A stretch of 64,000 nucleotides of DNA from Nanobdellota archaeon (GTDB lineage Archaea > Nanobdellota > Nanobdellia > Parvarchaeales > Parvarchaeaceae), in assembly GCA_021852265.1 (NCBI GenBank), contig JAJZNV010000014.1:1566-65565 (forward strand). The letters are read 5' to 3'. Positions 60,813-64,000 of this stretch are shown piece after piece. Numbering within the stretch: the stretch's first letter is position 1; each line of letters begins with the position of its first letter. The notes beneath the pieces are model-generated. The model was not told the origin of the DNA. It worked only from the letters and a program-made list of their open reading frames with translations, and made no database searches. A program made the translations under genes and the position numbers.

Positions 60813-61391
60813 ATGGACTTAATGCTTGCAGATAGCAAAATATTACAGCATATAATTGAGGATTCACTTAAGCATAGTGTGGGTGAAGAAGGTGCAGAGA
60901 AGTTATACGCAACCTTGAGACTCAGAGATGAAAAAGCAAACAATTTGTTTAAAAGTCTGAATGAAATGCTGGCTAAGGGTGGCTACAGCTTAAAAATGAA
61001 GGATGTCTTTGAAAGACTTACTGAAGAGTTGTCTTCACGGGTGGATATGAAGATTACGCCCGATAGTATTTCATTGGTGCAAGAAGGTAGCGATTATGTG
61101 AATGTGGAGCTATCGAACAGATTCGATGTTCCGTTGGTATTTGATGTCACTCTTGAAGACAGAGATAACTTTCTACCAGTGATATTCAATAAAATAGAAG
61201 GTACGTATTTCAATAATTTTTCGATGGAAAAAGTAGTTGACACTGGTGATATCGCAAAATTCAGATTCAAAATTGGGTGGGACGGAATGAGCAAAGCCAA
61301 CGGAACCACGCTATTTGTAGTTATTCGATCTAGGGACATTGAGGGATTAAACCGTATAGGTAAAATGCACCTTAATTTTATAAAATCTTAG
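60813..61391 (+). CDS. Hypothetical protein (192 aa)
   Basis: ORF only. Confidence 0.35.
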   Translation: MDLMLADSKILQHIIEDSLKHSVGEEGAEKLYATLRLRDEKANNLFKSLNEMLAKGGYSLKMKDVFERLTEELSSRVDMKITPDSISLVQEGSDYVNVELSNRFDVPLVFDVTLEDRDNFLPVIFNKIEGTYFNNFSMEKVVDTGDIAKFRFKIGWDGMSKANGTTLFVVIRSRDIEGLNRIGKMHLNFIKS

Positions 61392-61502
61392 CTTTTCTTA
61401 GTATAGCCGTCCAAAACCTTAGAAAGTCTTATACTATCCAAAGCCTGTAGTCGCCTAGCTCCCCTTTTTTTTGCTCTGTGTTTAAATGCTAATTTTGCCA
61501 TA

Positions 61503-62021
61503 TTATATTTTAATCCACCCTATCTCGTAATACGTCACCGCGTCCTCATCATCAACCACTGCAAATAGCGCCTTTTTTCTGACGCTATGTGCGACCCTAT
61601 TAATTGCTGCAAAACTCGAAAGTGGCATAGACTCGTGTTCAGTCGCTGCGTACAATATCCAAGTCGCGTGAGCTTCTCCAGGGTGATCGCCTTTGTTGTA
61701 TACTCTAAAGTCGCCACCATATTTAAATGCTGTTTTCGGAAGATATCCCTCCGCACGCAGGTCCTTAAGCACCGAATAACGCACCCAAAACTTCTTTTGT
61801 CTTTTTTCTGCGGTGTCCAAAAATGATCGCTTGGTTAATTTTTTGCCAGTGTTGTCGTATATATCTAAACCTTTTACCTCCATAAGGTAAAATGCCTCTT
61901 CGAGGGACAGTATCAGTTTCCCATTTTCAAACTCTCCGAAGTAGCCTTTATTGAACGTTTTTGACGCAAGCTTCTGATCAAAGATTATGACTCTATCACG
62001 ACGGAGGATAGTTTTTTCCAT
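61503..62021 (-). CDS. endA: tRNA-splicing endonuclease (EndA catalytic subunit, short form)
   Basis: The C-terminal catalytic motif AFKYGGDFRVYNKGDHPGEAHATWILY (Tyr/His/Lys triad region) is present. At 172 aa the size matches the short alpha-type subunit. Confidence 0.8.
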   Translation of the reverse strand: MEKTILRRDRVIIFDQKLASKTFNKGYFGEFENGKLILSLEEAFYLMEVKGLDIYDNTGKKLTKRSFLDTAEKRQKKFWVRYSVLKDLRAEGYLPKTAFKYGGDFRVYNKGDHPGEAHATWILYAATEHESMPLSSFAAINRVAHSVRKKALFAVVDDEDAVTYYEIGWIKI

Positions 62022-62022
62022 T

Positions 62023-62340
62023 TTATTTTATGGCTGATGAGATATACTCTTCTATTGCCTGTTTCGAAGCCAAACCAGTAAATGAATTTGTCGGAATGCC
62101 TCCTTTGAATGTCAATAAAGTAGGTATGCTCTCGACACCATACTCGCTTGCTATAATTGGATCTTTATCGACATTTACCTTAAAAAGCTTTAACCTCCCT
62201 TCGGTCTTCTGTTCAAATTCCTCTAGTATAGGTGACAAAAGATTGCAGGGACCGCACCACTCTGCCCAAAAATCTACTACAGCTACGTCGAGTTTCTCGA
62301 TAGTAGATTTAAAATTTTCTCTATTTAGGTGCTCGGCCAT
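62023..62340 (-). CDS. trx: Thioredoxin
   Basis: The WAEWCGPC active site is present within a 105-aa thioredoxin fold. Confidence 0.85.
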   Translation of the reverse strand: MAEHLNRENFKSTIEKLDVAVVDFWAEWCGPCNLLSPILEEFEQKTEGRLKLFKVNVDKDPIIASEYGVESIPTLLTFKGGIPTNSFTGLASKQAIEEYISSAIK

Positions 62341-62426
62341 GGACTAAGATAATTGATGTTAGTATTTAAAATTTTAAAAAACAATTTTATATATTACACA
62401 AATACTAGATAAGTATCAGATTAAGT

Positions 62427-63158
62427 ATGGAAGCACTGAATATCGGCACGGTATACATCTGTAAAGTTAAAAAAATATTACAGCATGGGATCATAGTAGA
62501 AATCAGCGACTTGGGAATAGATGGTTTTATTCACATTTCTGAACTTAGCAAACGCTGGGTACGTGATGTAAAAGACATCGCAAAGGAAGGTGACAAAATC
62601 GTTTGCAAATTAATAAAATTAGAACCTCAGTCTACAGAGTTGTCTGCTAAAAGAGTTACAGATAATGAGAAGAAACAGGCCCTCCGAGAATGGTCGATAG
62701 AGAACCGCGTTGGCAGGATACTAGAAGACTCAGTAAAGGATGTTGTCCCGATAAAAAACAAAATTAAGGCGAAATATGGCTCTTACTTTGACTTCTATGC
62801 AGCAATTCTAAAGAATGGCAAGTCTGCAGCTGAAGAATTTAAACTGGGAAAGGATACTGTGAATGCTCTTCTCGATTTTGTTGAAAAGACAAAAAAGAAG
62901 ATAACGATAAAAACCGAATTAACCATACAGGATTTTAGTGAAGATGGAGTGGAAAATATAAAAAAATTGTTATTGGAGCCATACTCAGATAAGAAAAACT
63001 ATTCCATAAAATATATTAAGGCTCCGGTGTACCTTCTGACAGTTAACGCGGGAGAAACCAAAAAAACGCTATCTGAAAATAAAAAAGTAATCGATGGACT
63101 TGAATCAAAAAGCCGACAATTGGGAATAGATTTCAAATACAGAGAAATAAAAGAATGA
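62427..63158 (+). CDS. eif2a: Translation initiation factor 2 alpha subunit (aIF2alpha)
   Basis: An N-terminal S1 domain (GTVYICKVKKI...GIDGFIHISELS) is followed by a helical domain. It is followed by nop10, the conserved archaeal neighbour. Confidence 0.85.
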   Translation: MEALNIGTVYICKVKKILQHGIIVEISDLGIDGFIHISELSKRWVRDVKDIAKEGDKIVCKLIKLEPQSTELSAKRVTDNEKKQALREWSIENRVGRILEDSVKDVVPIKNKIKAKYGSYFDFYAAILKNGKSAAEEFKLGKDTVNALLDFVEKTKKKITIKTELTIQDFSEDGVENIKKLLLEPYSDKKNYSIKYIKAPVYLLTVNAGETKKTLSENKKVIDGLESKSRQLGIDFKYREIKE

Positions 63159-63337
63159 AAAGGATAAGATACTGCCAGAGGTGCGATCGCTACACGCTAA
63201 AGAATACTTGTAGTGTATGTGGTAAAGAGACTATAATAAACACACCGCAAAAATATTCCAGAGATGAGGAGATTGCTAAATATCGTCGTAAAATCAAAAG
63301 ATCCGCAATACTGGACGGCTTAAACGAAAGAATATGA
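63155..63337 (+). CDS. nop10: H/ACA RNP subunit Nop10
   Basis: 60 aa. An N-terminal zinc ribbon (CQRCDRY...CSVCGKET) is followed by a basic helix. The ATGA junction overlaps the next gene. Confidence 0.8.
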   Translation: MKRIRYCQRCDRYTLKNTCSVCGKETIINTPQKYSRDEEIAKYRRKIKRSAILDGLNERI

Positions 63338-64000
63338 AGATAACAAACATAAAATCACTCTATTCGGAGATTAAAAAGAATAGGAACGCCGTAGAAAAAA
63401 TTATAAGCGATGTAAGGACGGGTAACTTCGAAGGATTCACACCACCTTCTACGCTTATAGGTGCATTCAATTATCCAAGGGTGTCAGTTGGCGTGATGTT
63501 CACAATGGATCAAAGTGCCTACCTTTATGATTCTCCAAAATATTGGGTGAAGAACGGTTATGATGTATCAAAAATATTCTCTATGCGTACACTTCTTGTA
63601 AACGCAAAAGAACTGATAAACGTAAAAAAGCCGAATGGGAAATTTATAGAAAGCATTTCATTTGCGACAATGGCCAAGAATGACCTGGCTGTCGGCTTAG
63701 GTCTTTCGAAGATAGGTGCCGGAGGTATTGTCTCTGACACGATAGCACCGCACGGTATAACTGCTACTCTATCTAGCTTTAAAATAAACGAGAATGTTAA
63801 GATTGAAAAGCCGGTAGAAAAGGTATACTATGATAGGGATCTTAGGGCCACCGAGGGGATAACTTACTTGTACGAAAGTGGCATCGATGACAATAAAATA
63901 AGTAAAATCCTGAGCGTCGGTGCACTTGGGATCAGCAGAAAGTTAGTGCCAACAAAATGGTCGATTACCGCCGTTGATGATATCCTTGGTAAAAAACTCA
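63334..64000 (+). CDS. Hypothetical protein, 5' partial (runs off the window end)
   Basis: ORF continuing to the window end, translationally coupled to nop10. No motif recognized. Confidence 0.4.
   Translation, partial: MKITNIKSLYSEIKKNRNAVEKIISDVRTGNFEGFTPPSTLIGAFNYPRVSVGVMFTMDQSAYLYDSPKYWVKNGYDVSKIFSMRTLLVNAKELINVKKPNGKFIESISFATMAKNDLAVGLGLSKIGAGGIVSDTIAPHGITATLSSFKINENVKIEKPVEKVYYDRDLRATEGITYLYESGIDDNKISKILSVGALGISRKLVPTKWSITAVDDILGKKL

Overview
This window looks like an AT-rich archaeal chromosome segment with dense coding, short intergenic gaps and several overlapping stop/start junctions. Roughly two thirds is ordinary housekeeping. I can support these genes from motifs in the supplied translations: RNase HII, Mre11-Rad50, dCTP deaminase, ribosomal protein S8e, RtcB with archease and ThiI, Ogg-type glycosylase, an MGMT-family protein, RIO kinase, membrane-bound LonB, CCA-adding enzyme, an Lhr-type helicase, threonine synthase, IMP dehydrogenase, archaeal SAM synthetase, aRF1, tRNA-splicing endonuclease, thioredoxin, and the aIF2alpha-Nop10 pair. 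I folded seven tRNA genes by hand: Leu-CAA, Leu-UAA, Ser-UGA, Met/Ile2-CAU, Asn-GUU, Ala-UGC and Ile-GAU. Three of them (Leu-UAA, Ser-UGA, Ala-UGC) carry anticodon-loop introns. The most unusual region is a roughly 19-kb minus-strand operon of five genes (26342-45532) encoding 858, 266, 196, 1203 and 3860 aa proteins. All five are extremely Asn/Ser/Thr/Gly/Tyr-rich with abundant N-x-S/T sequons. Several start with pilin-like class III signal peptides: K/R, then G/A, then Gln at +1, then a long hydrophobic stretch. The 3860-aa giant also contains YVTN-type beta-propeller repeats, a perfect in-frame tandem duplication, and about seven C-terminal ~100-aa Cys-x-TTF-x-E-x-GLP-x-G-x-W modules. A sixth pilin-like gene (526 aa, N-terminus QSALEY...) and three smaller N/S/T-rich membrane-anchored proteins lie elsewhere in the window. 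The big cluster sits between tRNA-Met and tRNA-Asn, next to a multi-HTH transposase-like remnant, so it may be a horizontally acquired surface-structure island. No assembly ATPase, platform protein or prepilin peptidase is encoded in the window. I found no CRISPR array and no rRNA.
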